Positions 33,162-46,590 of a DNA stretch of 64,000 nucleotides are shown here, piece after piece. Below the pieces are notes generated by a model. The model worked only from the letters and a program-made list of their open reading frames with translations. It had not been told where the DNA came from and did no database searches. The DNA is taken from NCBI RefSeq assembly GCF_009914755.1, contig NC_060944.1. One strand, given 5' to 3'. Source of the DNA: the human T2T-CHM13v2.0 reference genome, Homo sapiens. How positions within the stretch are numbered: the stretch's first letter is position 1; each line of letters starts with the position of its first letter. The translations under genes and the position numbers were made by a program.

Positions 33162-36100
33162 AAGAGGAGTCAGTTTCTCTAGCATTCCGCATAAAAGACA
33201 AAGTGGACAACGGGGAGGTTCTCATTTCCCTCCTCCTCAGTGCTCAGACTTTGGAACACAAGTTGTATTGCTTGACCTATGTGTGTCTTTTGACCACCTC
33301 TGATGATTCATTTATCTGATTTGAGTGCTTTCCTGATGGAAAACACAGTCTGTTGGATGGTAGTTCACTGATTCCCTCTTGATGTCCATCATCTCTAGTG
33401 ATGGCCTTCCATGAGCACAATGGCAGGATTCTTGACCAGTTCCCCGAACTCTTCTGTTTTGTTTTGTTGATATGTGTCTTCTGTTTTGTTGGGAGCCTGC
33501 TGTTGCTTACATAGAATGTCCTCTGCCACTGGTAATGACCTTCATGAAAGAGGCTCAAACCCTGATTTGTAATCTCTAAGAGCAGCCTCCCACGAGGTAG
33601 GATCTCCCAGCTGAGGTGAATACCTCTAGTTGGCTTTTTTAAATTAAGGCTCCACATTGTAACTAGTCAACGTACATTATTGGGAGAGTGAATGTCAATG
33701 CCACTGCGTTTTCTTTCTCTCCTTTATCTTTGTCAGTGATTCAAAGACATGATTTATGGTTAGTCTCCGACTTTCAGCATCATCCATCAAGTCCTGGTTT
33801 CACTACAGGGCTCCACATTGTAAATCATACCGAAGGGTTGTCACTCATTCCCCTTAACCCTTTAGGGGTATGTTTCAGGGTCGCTGTCCAAGAAGGAAAC
33901 TTTGTAAGATGGCAGTTGAGGGGGCTTGGGCAATTGATAGGGACTCATTAAGTCAGTGGCATTAATTACTTCACCTAATGTGATCATTATTAAGGCCTGG
34001 GTAAGGCCTGGGCCAGCTCCACCCAGCCCAGGCAGGAAGAGAAACTCGCTCCCGGTGACTTGAGAAACACACAGATTCCTGAACCAGCTCTATTCTGTTT
34101 TGAAATGTCCATTATGGATGTGAAGTACTGAGTTTCACTTTGGAATCAATCACAGGCTAGTTCTGATTGTGACCTTGCAAAGATTACAGAATGAGTGCAA
34201 AGACCCATTAGCAGCTGCTATTTCAGGCTTTGTAAATTAACAGTCCTCTCCTCCTCCCACACTTTTTTTCATGTCTCTATCACTCTGTGACTCTCTGTCC
34301 CTTTGTCACCTTCGGGAAGGTGGGGATTGGTGGCAAGGGGTGAGACTGAAACTTGCAGGCAGAGGAGCAGGACTTTTGCAGGGCCAGATCTCCCCTTCTG
34401 GCTGATTCCAGTCATGCAGGATTAAGGCTTTGAGACATGGCACACCTGGTAGAAGCAAAATCCAGGCAACTGGCATTGAATGAATGGGGGTGCTCACCTA
34501 CCAGAAGTCTGCAACTAGTAATTGCGGGTCATTAATGAAAAAATAAATAAATATATATATATACACACACACACATATATATTCTTGGGATCTATTTGTT
34601 CAGAGTCTGCATTTGGTTGAAAGCGATTTTGTTCCTGAATTGTGCATAGCTCTGTTTTCCCATGGTAAGCTGATGAAAACAACTATATTGGTGAAAGATA
34701 TACAGGTAAATAAAGTGAAGGTTTGTAAAATATGAACGTTCATCATCTAAACTGTGTTTTCATAAGAACTCCTCCTCAGATGGTGCTTGAGGGGCTCAGG
34801 ACTTGGATGTTTTCAAATACAGGTCACAAATGTGCCTGCGGTCTTCATTTTTCCAAAAATTAGCACTTATTTAGTCTTCAAGGATTAAGGCACCTCAGTT
34901 TACCAGGACAGTGACCCTCACGGGTCCCCTCTTTACCCAGCATTCTCACTTTCCAGCATACAAAGTGGCTAGTCTTAGGATTTTATCTTTCTTGGAAAGA
35001 GCACAAGGATCTTTTCAAACTTTAAATGACCCAGAGCCATGAATCCTCCTAACAGCCTTGGAAGGCAGGTAAACTGTTGCCGAACTAGTATTTCACGGAG
35101 CAGCCCTTCTCTCTTCTGCCCTCCCTCCTGCTCAGAAATCAGATTTATATGGTATACACAGTGTCTGCAGACCTAACTGCAGGTGACTTAGAAAGGGAGA
35201 GCCTGCAGATTAATGTGCCCATTCAGAATGATGTATTCTATTTTTTTGTGCTAAGAGCAGCGTGGATGGCTCGTTGGGAAGGCATAACAAGGGGGCCAGT
35301 CTCGGCTTCTGCGTCGCAGCCTATCACAGAAAGGGCTTCTGTCGGGTCTCTGTTGTGAAGTCAGCTACTGACTGCCATTTGAATTCCATCGATACGACGT
35401 CTTCTGTTTATGCCACATGGATTTCATTATGCCTCTGATCAAAAGAATTTTCTAGGCGCTGACAATAAGGAAGCAAGTTGTTCAGCTCATGGAACTAATA
35501 GACAACTTTGAGAGTCCCTTTCCCTCTCAATGAGCAAGAGGAATTCTCCCTTCTCAATATTGTCTGTCCCTAGAATAATTGTACATTTCTGCAAATCTTG
35601 TTCAGGCCAAGAGACAACATCCCGGAGGCATCAAGAATCTGCTGCTAAAAAAAAAAAAAAAAAATGTGCTTTCAACAAATTAGAATACGCCACCTAGTGA
35701 AGTTCTTAATTAGCATGGCACCTCAGATATAAAGTTAGGAGGCCTGATTGCGGTCAACTCACCCCGACCTCTTACTTGAAGGAACCCGGAATTATAGGAA
35801 GGACTCTGGAAAGAAAAAGAAAATGTAATTAAATTAAAATAGTCCTGCTCTTTCTGTCTGAACCTAGCCCATTACTATGATACCTTGTTTCATGATGTCT
35901 TGTCGGAAGCATTTAGAATGGTGAATTACCCCCCTTTTAAAAACAGGCAGACAAAAAATATATATACGATCTTATTCACACAACATGTGGGTCAGTGTTT
36001 TCTGGTTAGCATCCTGCCTAGAATTCCAGGTATTTCTAAGGTATTCAACTCTGAGTGGTGCAAGTCTTCACAGATCTGTATTTGGTGAGGCATATTTGCC

Positions 36101-37379
36101 AGATTTGCCATGGTGGCAAATTTAAATAAATTGTCCAGATGCATACACATTAATCCACTGGCTGGAAGCCAGGAATATGCAGTACAGCCTCAGCTTCCCT
36201 ATGTCCAATTTCCCCTGGGACTTTTCTTTTTACACAGAAAATTTCAAGCTGTGTGTGTCTAAACACAGAAGTTGCCTTCCTCCTTCCTACCTTCTCTCTC
36301 CATAATCGGTAATTTTTCCTCCCATCAGCCCCATCCTCGTTTTCATTTTGTCAAATAACAGTGTGACTTTGTCTTTGACATTAAACAGTTGTATATACTT
36401 TTAGCAGTTTGTTTACTCCATCTGTATTTCCAATCAGCGAGGAAGGTTTACCAAAGTGGTTCATTACTGATTTATTTATGATGTATTTAGATAGCAAATA
36501 TGAAACTGTCAGCAGTTGCTGGCTAAACAGTGTTGACAGACATTAATAACATATGGTATAGCAATGGAATTATGATCTTTTAATTTTTAAAAAAATTTTG
36601 ATTCTCAACGTGCAGTTTTGGGTTTTGCATTTCTTAGGTAGGTGCGTGCAAAGGAGAAGACTTTTAACAAAACTATGTTTTCTTTTTATTTGTAACCTTT
36701 GGGGTTTCCTGTTGGTGACATTAACATCTTCTGTGTCTATTTAGCTGTTCAATTTAATGGAAGACAAATCCTCCCAAAGGTTTAATTTACTCTTGCAAAC
36801 TGAAATCACCGTATTCACACTGTGGGAAATGGCCCTAATTTTCCCAACCTTCAGTTGCCATCAAGCATATAATTTATTTCTCCCCCTTCGATACATTCCC
36901 CATTAGAAAACAAAGTTTTTGATATTTAAATGTTACCAAGTTCAAACGGAGGAACCGAGTCTCCCGTTTCTGCAAAATGCTGTTGCAGGCATGGCTGCTT
37001 CTACCTGACAGCCACCCATTTATACTGGGCCAGAACAGACAAACATTTGAATTTCTGACCTTTAATTGGCTGTTCCTTTGAGCTTATATGGTTTTTTCCA
37101 GCACCAAGGGAGGACATTTTTCAGCTCAACTCAAAGGAAAAACAACAAGCAAACCCAGGTAGCAGTAAAATTCAGCCCATTTGCTTTGAAGTAAGCATGG
37201 GCATTTTAGCCAGAAGGTGACCCGACAGGCAATAAAGTTTCTCTTTGGCCAAGAATTCTTCCATGGTTCCGTAAAGATGATCTCGTTTTCCAGACTCCAA
37301 TTCGTTCCCTTGAATATGTCCAAAGGACATGAAAGTTAACATTAGAAAAAAAAATAGGAGTCTTCTAGGGCAGGAAATA

Positions 37380-37520
37380 TCTGTGATGGGGATCCATTGA
37401 GAATTTGGTAAAAGCTAACACCTTCTCACTCAGCATACACATAAGCATTACCTGTAATTTCAGGGTTCTGGCATCCTGGGAAGCCCATCCAGTGTCTCTG
37501 GAGCCCAGTTAAGAATCAGC
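37380..37520. mobile_element. hAT-Charlie relic (Charlie4z-like)
   Basis: TTGAGAATTTGGTAAAAGCTA...AATTTCAGGG...GAAGCCCATCCA...GTTAAGAA. Confidence 0.55.
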
Positions 37521-37609
37521 CATCATTCAGGTCATTACGGGATTTTTGTGTGTGAAGTACAAGAACTTGCCTTCATTTTCTAAGGTTAGAGTGGGGAAGA
37601 GATGGCTCA

Positions 37610-37810
37610 TGTGCCACATGAACTGAGTACCTCTGGAAGCTCTTTTAGTGTTTTATACACGTTATCACACTGGATCCTCAAAACACCCTAGGAAGTAGGT
37701 ATAAGTCTTAATCCCATTTTGCAGATAGGGAAATTGAGGAGTAATGAAATTGAAATTGAGGTCACATAGCTGATAAGTAAAGGAACCACACGTCAAATCT
37801 CAACACTGAT
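37610..37810 (-). mobile_element. MIR SINE
   Basis: CCCATTTTGCAGATAGGGAAATTGAGG core. Confidence 0.8.
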
Positions 37811-38487
37811 TCCTGAGCCAAGTCAAATGGGAAATTTTGCTTAAAATGAAAAATGTAAGTTAATTTATAAGCTTTTACCTTCTTGATTTTTTTTTCACTA
37901 TTTCAAAACTGCAAAGCATATTGGAAATTATCCCTTTCAAATATCTTACTTTACCTTTGAAATAACTAAACCCAGAGGAACTCCAAGACTTGTCCTGAGT
38001 TAAACAATTAGAGGCTGAGCCAGAGCTGGCTTATTCCGACTTGGGATTCAGCTTTGATAATCAATGCCATACCATGTCCTTGGGCATGTTAAGGCTTGAA
38101 CTTAAACATAATGGTGGCTAGTTTTGAAATATATCTAATATTTTGAGAATATTAATGACACTAGAAAATAAGGATCAGAGAGCCATCTCTGTCCTAATCC
38201 TAATCCCTTCACTGCTGAAACTCACAAGAAATAATAAGGTGCCCCGACTAGAGCACACACTTCCTCAGATCACTATTGGAATCCCACCTCTGATGCCCAC
38301 TGTGTGATGTTAGGCAGGCCCCAGCACCCATCTGAGTGTTGCTGTTTTTCCCATGTAAATGGCTTAAATAAAGCGTTCTATACAAAGCCATCGTTACAGA
38401 GCCTGACGTAGAGCCAACATTCATTAAATGTTAGTTTGTAGAATTATATTTATTACAAGTGTGTTTAGAACTAAAATCAAGACATGT

Positions 38488-38766
38488 GGCTGGGAGCAGT
38501 GGCTTGTTCCTGTAATCCCAGCACTTTGGGAGGCCGAGGCGGGTGGATTGCTTGAGGTCAGGAGTGAAACCCTGTCTCTACTGAAAACACAGAAAATCAG
38601 CCAGGCGTGGTGGCACACGCCTGTAATCCCAGCTACTCAGGAAGCAGAGGCATGAGAATTGCTTGAGCCTGGGAGGTGGAAGTTGCAGTGAGCCAAGATT
38701 GTGCCACTATACTCCAGCCTGGGAGACAGGGTGAGACCCCATCTCAAAAAAAGTAAAATAAAATAA
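38488..38766 (+). mobile_element. AluS with a ~25-nt deletion in the left arm
   Basis: GTCAGGAGT joins directly to GAAACCCTG; TSD AAAATCAAGACA. Confidence 0.92.
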
Positions 38767-38879
38767 AAAATCAAGACACATGAATATTGTCTATTCAATG
38801 TAGACATCTTCTACAGTCCCCAGTCTTCAAAGCCAGAGACAGCGAAACTCCAGTATCACATCCCAACACATCAAGTCTC

Positions 38880-39111
38880 TGACTTTCCTTATCTCTGACA
38901 TCTAGGGGCTCATGTGACTAGGTTAGGCCCCCACTGGATAATCTCCCCATTTTACAGTGATCTGATTTGGGAGCTCAGTTACATCTGAAAAACTCCGTCC
39001 CAGCAATGCCTAGACTAGTGTTTGTAGAACAACTGGGCAAAGGTGTGTGTAGTGTATATCGGGGGCAGGAAGCGTGTGAGCCAGGAATCATTTTAGAATT
39101 CTGCCCACCAC
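38880..39111 (-). mobile_element. MLT1 (E-type) LTR fragment
   Basis: GGCTCATGTGACTAGGTTAGGCCC...GGATAATCTCCC...TTAGAATTCTGCCCACCACA. Confidence 0.7.
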
Positions 39112-40084
39112 AGCCTCAGTCTTCTAATCTGTCAAGTGGGGATGTGCAGTGGTTTCTATGGCACAGGTGCCTGTGAGGAGTAAATGTGTATACATCACGT
39201 AGTATAGCATGGGACATAACACACATCCACGCGGTACCTTGCAGCTATGGTTCTTGGAAGGGAAAATAAAACTCAGATGTGGAATAGTTTATCAGATGAG
39301 GGTAGTTTAGAGCTCAATCCTGGGAGGAACAACCAATCAATCAATCAGCAAGAACATATTATGGAACACCAAGACGCTTTGCCAGGGATTGGGTGCGATT
39401 GCCAGAAGCTGCAATGGATGGCGAGGAAGAGCTGCTTCTTGTGGGCGGGTGGAGGGGGACTTCCTCAGGGTATACACAGTCTCTTTGGGAACTTGCCATC
39501 TTGCCTCTCCTCCCTGCCACAGTGGCAATGTTCATGCAGTGTCACATGACCAACCAAGGGGTGGGTTTCCAGGTTGTGTGACAGCGAGTGCAAGGGCCCT
39601 GAGGTGAGCCTTCACCTAAAAACCAGGAAACACCAAGGATGCCAGTAAGGCTGAGCACAGTGAACGAAGGAGAGAGGGGAGGAAACTGAGTCAAATCTGG
39701 GAGTGATTGGAAACTTGAACTTTGAGTATTTTATGACGTTACGGATAACTGTAATTGTTACTATTTTTTTGGATGTGAGAATGCTTATGTTTCAAATAAG
39801 GAGGAGATTGGATATGCATTAAAGACAAGAGTGCTGCCTTCACCACTCCCATGTGGATGAGGATGTTCTGTAAGACTTCTTACAGTCCTTCTTGCTGCGT
39901 TTTTGGGGATTTGGGGGATTTTTGTTTGTTTGTTTGTTTGTTTGTTTGTATCCTGTTCTGGTTTTGGCTTCACAGAGCAGAAACTATAGTTGGTACCGAC
40001 CATGGCCCAGACATCCAAATAAATAGTACTGGTTGTTTCTCAACACAAATGAACAAACAAACAAGGAGAATAGTTCTTTTCTTT

Positions 40085-40290
40085 TGGAAGTACATACTAA
40101 AATATTTATGAATAAGAGGATATGAAGTCAGAGATTTGCTTTAAAATAATTATGGTGGGAACAATGGTTGGAGGTTTAGATGAAGCAAGATTGTCCTGGG
40201 TTGACAAATATTAGAATGGGTTGATAGTAAATGAAGATGTATTATTCAATTGGATCTATTTTGGGATATGTTTGAAATTTTCCATTAATT
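40085..40290 (+). mobile_element. Old L1 (L1MC-type) 3' end
   Basis: ATACTAAAATATTTATG...GATTTGCTTTAAAATAAT...TATGTTTGAAATTTTCCAT. Confidence 0.65.
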
Positions 40291-40451
40291 TTTTTTTTTA
40301 AGAAAAAAAGAAATTGAGTCAAAAGAAATGGCAAGGATCAGATCATTGCAGGTCTTATAGCTGGGGTAGGGACTTTTTACTTCTAAGAACAATGGGAAAT
40401 TATCAAAGAGTTCTGAGCAGAGTAAACTCATCTGACTTACATTTGTAAGGG

Positions 40452-40940
40452 TTATTCATTTTGGATTGCTGATATAACACATTATCACAAACGTAGTGGC
40501 ATAAGGCAACATAAATTCATTGTCTTTCTTTCTGGAAGCCAGAAGTTGGAAACCAGTTTCACTGGGCTAAAATGGATGTGTCAGTAGGCCCACATTCCTT
40601 CGGGAGGCTCCAGAGGAGATTCTTTTTCCAGCTTCTAAAGCTGCCTGCATTCTTCGGCTCAGGGCTCCCTTCCATTTTCAAGCAGGGAATTGCATCACGG
40701 TGACCTCTGGTTCTGCTGTCGTATCACCTTCCCTGACTCCGATTCTCCCACCTCCCTCTCATAAAGCCCCTTTGGGTCCTTCTCATTTTGGCTACCTGGA
40801 AAATCCAGGATAATCTCTTTATCTCAAGATCCTTAATTTTCTAACATCAGCAAAGTCCCTTTCGTCACATAAACTGACATTCACAGGTTCTGGACATTCG
40901 GACGTAGACATCTTTGGATGCCATGATCTCGCCTGTCACA
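40452..40940 (-). mobile_element. MLT1C/D solo LTR
   Basis: TTCTGGAAGCCAGAAGT...AATCCAGGATAATCTC...CATTCACAGGTTCTGG...CACA. Confidence 0.85.
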
Positions 40941-40964
40941 AGGGACAAGGGTGAAGCTGAGGGC

Positions 40965-41182
40965 TGTGAGGTTTCAAGCCTCAGCACTATGGACATTTTG
41001 ATCCACACCCTTTTTTGCTGGTGGGGTGGTGGGATGGGGAGCTGCTCTATGCATTGTTAAATGTTTGGCAGCATCCCTGGCCTTGACCCACTAGATGTCA
41101 GTAGCACCTCTCCCCCATGCAAGTTGTGACAATCAAAAATATCTCCAGACATTGCCAAATGTGCCCTGGCTGACAACCGCTG
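40965..41182 (+). mobile_element. MER20 (hAT-Charlie)
   Basis: GCAGCATCCCTGGCCTTGACCCACTAGATGTCAGTAGCACC...TCTCCAGACATTGCCAAATGT. Confidence 0.9.
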
Positions 41183-41749
41183 GGGTAGCGAAGTAATGGC
41201 AGAGAAGGCCAGAAGTGATTGGATCCCAGTTGTATTCCAAAGGCAGTACTGACAGGTGTAAGCCTCTCTCTCTGCCCATCGCTAACCACCACAAGTAACA
41301 AGAGAGACTACCTTTGCATATGTGTCGCTCACATGGACAGTATGGAAACAAATGGCAACACACCTTTGTTGTCAGCTTCTATTTAATGTTCTCTCCAAGC
41401 ATTTCTTTTGCTGCTGGAGGACAAAGGCAGTAGCTGTTACTCCTTTTACCCATGACCTTCCTCGGTGATTGGAGCATTGTAGAGGGTCGATGAGTACCTG
41501 CTGGCTTTGGTTTTATAATTATAGTCTCACTACACCTTTGCTTGGCCATTGTGGAAAAAGAACCTAATATCCTGTGTATCACTTTCTCTTCTAAGTGAAA
41601 TGTGAGACATCGTGTTGGCTAAGTGGTTTGGAATCGTCGCACAGAAAGAATTAACCTTAATATAAAGACTTTGCAACTTGGTACATGATTCTCTGCAGTG
41701 TAGCTGTGTTGATACTTACTAGTAATAATTTTATATGCCCCCTTAATCA

Positions 41750-41960
41750 TTGCTAGAATTTAGCGAACACTTACTGCTTGTTGACCACTGAGCTCGGTGC
41801 TTTATATTAATATATATTATCTCCATCTTCCCAGCAACTTTAAGAAATAGAAGCTATTATTAAACCCATTCTACAGATGAAGAACATAAGATTGAGACTT
41901 ATGCAAATCACCGTAGCATAGGCAGAGGATACATTTCAGAAATGTCTAAATTCTAAATCT
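41750..41960 (-). mobile_element. MIR SINE
   Basis: CCCATTCTACAGATGAAG core. Confidence 0.7.
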
Positions 41961-42360
41961 TTGCTCTTGAATTCTTTACTGTATTGCCTTCATTCTAGGC
42001 TGCCTGGGGTGCCTTGATCCAACGAAGGGAAGTCAGGTTTAGCATTGGAAGCTAGCAAGACTTAACTGTTTTGTTGATGGCTTTAGGCTTTGGGTTTTGA
42101 TGTATGCTATAACTTGTAATACTTCCAGCCTTGGGGAGGGAGAGGCAGGGGTGCTTTTCTGTTTCAGGAGAGGGATCAGCCACTCCCTCTATTCACTCTG
42201 CCTTTCTCTCTTGGCTACCATGGCTATGTACAAAGCCATTAGCGATGAATCATACGTAGGCAGATCAAGGGACACAATATGAGCTGTTTAGTCTTTTCCA
42301 TCCTTCTCGATATGAATCATTGTCAGATTCAGAGCTGTAGCTCTCCTTATATAACTTTAG

Positions 42361-42717
<357 letters not shown>

Positions 42718-42759
42718 CACCCAAATTTTAAGTTCTGTTTTGAGGGTTCATTGATTTGT

Positions 42760-43090
42760 CATGGGGGTCTCAAACTCATAGGTCTACAGGGGCCAGGCTG
42801 GTGTGGGAAATGAGAAAGATGGTGATAAATGAGACATGAGAGGCTAAGAAGTGGGTGGGATGGCAGGCAGATTCTCCAGCATCCACACTGCCTCCCCTAG
42901 GAGGGCAGACTCATCTCCAGCCAAGGGTGCCAGGTGGAGTGTGGTCTCATCGCCAGACATAGGCTTTACCAAGAGAAACCAGGAAAATAAATTTTTATGC
43001 GAAATCTCCTGATTTTTTAGGTCTTGGTAATTCGTTTGTTTTAAAACTGCATGTCCCAAACCAAACCCACCTAAAAACTGAAACTGGGTT
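42760..43090 (-). mobile_element. MER102-like (hAT-Charlie)
   Basis: ATTTTTATGCGAAATCTCCTGATTTTT...TTGGTAATT motif. Confidence 0.65.
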
Positions 43091-43131
43091 ATAAACTCTG
43101 CCTTGGGAACTTGATCCCAAGCTCTCTAGAC

Positions 43132-44802
43132 CTGCAATGTTCAAGCGGTATGTCCCACATACCACATGGGGCTACTAAGCCCTTCAAATGTGACTGGTCC
43201 AAATTAAAATATACTGTAAGTATAAAACACACTGAACTTGAAAGGCTTAGTCCAAAAACCGTAGTGCACAATATCTCCTTCATTTTTATAATATGATACT
43301 ATTATATCATAATTTTATAATATACTATTATATCATATTATATGATACTATTTATATCATCATATGATACTATATCATCATATGATGATATGATACTATA
43401 TCATCATATGATGATATGATACTATATCATCATATGATGATATGATACTATATCATCATATGATGATATACTATATCATCATATGATGATATGATACTAT
43501 ATCATCATATGATGATATGATACTATATCATCATATGATGATATGATACTATATCATCATATGATGATATGATACTATATCATCATATGATGATATGATA
43601 TACTATATCATCATATGATGATATGATATACTATATCATCATATGATGATATGATATACTATATCATCATATGATGATATGATATACTATATCATCATAT
43701 GATGATATGATATACTATATCATCATATGATGATATGATATACTATATCATCATATGATGATATGATATACTATATCATCATATGATGATATGATATACT
43801 ATATCATCATATGATGATATGATATACTATATCATCATATGATGATATGATATACTATATCATCATATGATGATATGATATACTATATCATCATATGATG
43901 ATATGATATACTATATCATCATATGATGATATGATATACTATATCATCATATGATGATATGATATACTATATCATCATATGATGATATGATATACTATAT
44001 CATCATATGATGATATGATATACTATATCATCATATGATGATATGATATACTATATCATCATATGATGATATGATATACTATATCATCATATGATGATAT
44101 GATATACTATATCATCATATGATGATATGATATACTATATCATCATATGATGATATGATATACTATATCATCATATGATGATATGATATACTATATCATC
44201 ATATGATGATATGATATACTATATCATCATATGATGATATGATATACTATATCATCATATGATGATATGATACTATATCATCATATGATGATATGATACT
44301 ATATCATCATATAACATGATGATATGATACTATATCATCATATAACATGATGATATGATACTATATCATCATATAACATGATGATATGATACTATATCAT
44401 CATATAACATGATGATATGATACTATATCATCATATAACATGATGATATGATACTATATCATCATATAACATGATGATATGATACTATATCATCATATAA
44501 CATGATGATATGATACTATATCATCATATAACATGATGATATGATACTATATCATCATATAACATGATGATATGATACTATATCATCATATAACATGATG
44601 ATATGATACTATATCATCATATAACATGATGATATGATACTATTATATCATAATATGATATAATATTTTGGACATACTAGGTTAAATAAGATATAGTTAT
44701 ATAAATCAATTTCACTTATTTCTTTCTCATTCTTTAATGTGACTACTGAAGCATATGAAATTCCATGCATAGCTGACATTCTACTTCTATTGGGCAGCGC
44801 TG
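43132..44802 (-). mobile_element. MER33 (hAT-Charlie) split by the minisatellite
   Basis: Left part CCACATGGGGCTACTAAGC...TGTAAGTATAAAACACAC; right part TAATATTTTGGACATACTAGGTTAAATAA...TCTATTGGGCAGCGCTG; together collinear with the MER33 reverse complement. Confidence 0.85.
43372..44641. repeat. AT-rich palindromic minisatellite, 45 units of 23-31 bp
   Basis: Core ATATCATCATATGATGATAT; blocks of 7x26 plus 1x23, 24x28, 2x26 and 11x31 bp. Confidence 0.97.
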
Positions 44803-44844
44803 CTTGAAGCCTTCAGTATCTGATCACTTGCAACAAAAACAGAG

Positions 44845-45420
<576 letters not shown>

Positions 45421-46019
45421 CCACTGTGCTAAGCAAGAAAAACACAGAGAATTTGGACAAATCTGAGGAGAGTTGGTGGCTGGCTTCCAACATGCGCCTA
45501 AGCTTAAAATAGCATGCATTTCAGCCCAGAAATTATGGTATCTCTCCAACTTTGAACTTGTGGGCAATGCTTCATTTAAATTCAGAAGACAGAAAATATT
45601 TCCAAACAGGTGTACTTTACTCTGTGCAAAATGTACATATTCTTTCTGCATTGAGCTGAAACCAACTATTTGTGACTTGAAACACATTTGATATGCACAA
45701 AGGAAGTTCCAAATGTTAAGAAAACTATCCTGGGTCTTTTTAAAACTCGTATAAAAAGATCTACATCTTCCTTCTTTTGTGAATATGCAGCCGCACTGTC
45801 CATTTTGCAGGGTTAGGCCTTTACCTACAGGTTTTTCCTAGACATGAGATCCGAGCATATTTACCTGAACCTGATACTTGTCCACAATTTTTATGGAATA
45901 GACTCATGGGTGTGTTTGGGAATTGGAGGGTCCCTGGGAATGAATACTCCTCCTGCTCCCTCTCAATGCCTTCATCTGCTTCTAAAAAATATTCAGTAAC
46001 ACTTGTAGAAGGCATGGTG

Positions 46020-46590
46020 ATCAGTGCAGTGTGAGCTTTAGGTTCAGATAATCCTGAGCACTGATCGTGATGCTATAACTTATGAGCTGTGAGCCTGGTG
46101 AAGCCATTTACATTCTTTAAGGCTTAGTTCCCTTATCTGAAAAATAAAGACATATGGGCCGGGCACGGTGGCTCACACCTGTAATCCTAGCACTTTGAGA
46201 GGCCAAGGCGGGTGGATCACGAGGTCAGGAGTTCGAGACCAGCCTTACCAAAGTGGTGAAACCCCGTCTCTACTAAAAATACAAAAATTAGCCAGGTGTG
46301 GTGGCACGAGCCTGTAATCCCAGCTACTCAGGAGGCTGAGGCAGGAGAATCGTTTGAACCTGGGAGTCAGAGGTTGCAGTGAGCCAACATTGCACCGCTG
46401 CACTCCAGCCTGACGGCAGAGCCAGACGCCGTCTCAAAAAAATTAAATAAAAAATAATAATAAATAAAGACACACATAGCAGTCACCACATATGATTGCT
46501 GTGAGGATTAAAAGAGGTTAGGGTCTAAATGTGCCAGCACAGTCCCTGGCACAAAACAGGCCCCCGAGTACAGTAGCCATTATTACTAAA
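46020..46590 (+). mobile_element. MIR SINE split by an Alu
   Basis: GGCTTAGTTCCCTTATCTGAAAAAT before and GTGAGGATTAAA...CACAGTCCCTGGCACA after the Alu. Confidence 0.75.
46157..46465 (+). mobile_element. AluS (Sg-like)
   Basis: Full dimer; TSD AAATAAAGACA. Confidence 0.95.

Noticed and set aside
43372-44641. CRISPR-like array (palindromic repeats of about 28 bp)
   Set aside because: No unique spacers, units are directly tandem, human context and no cas genes; it is a minisatellite
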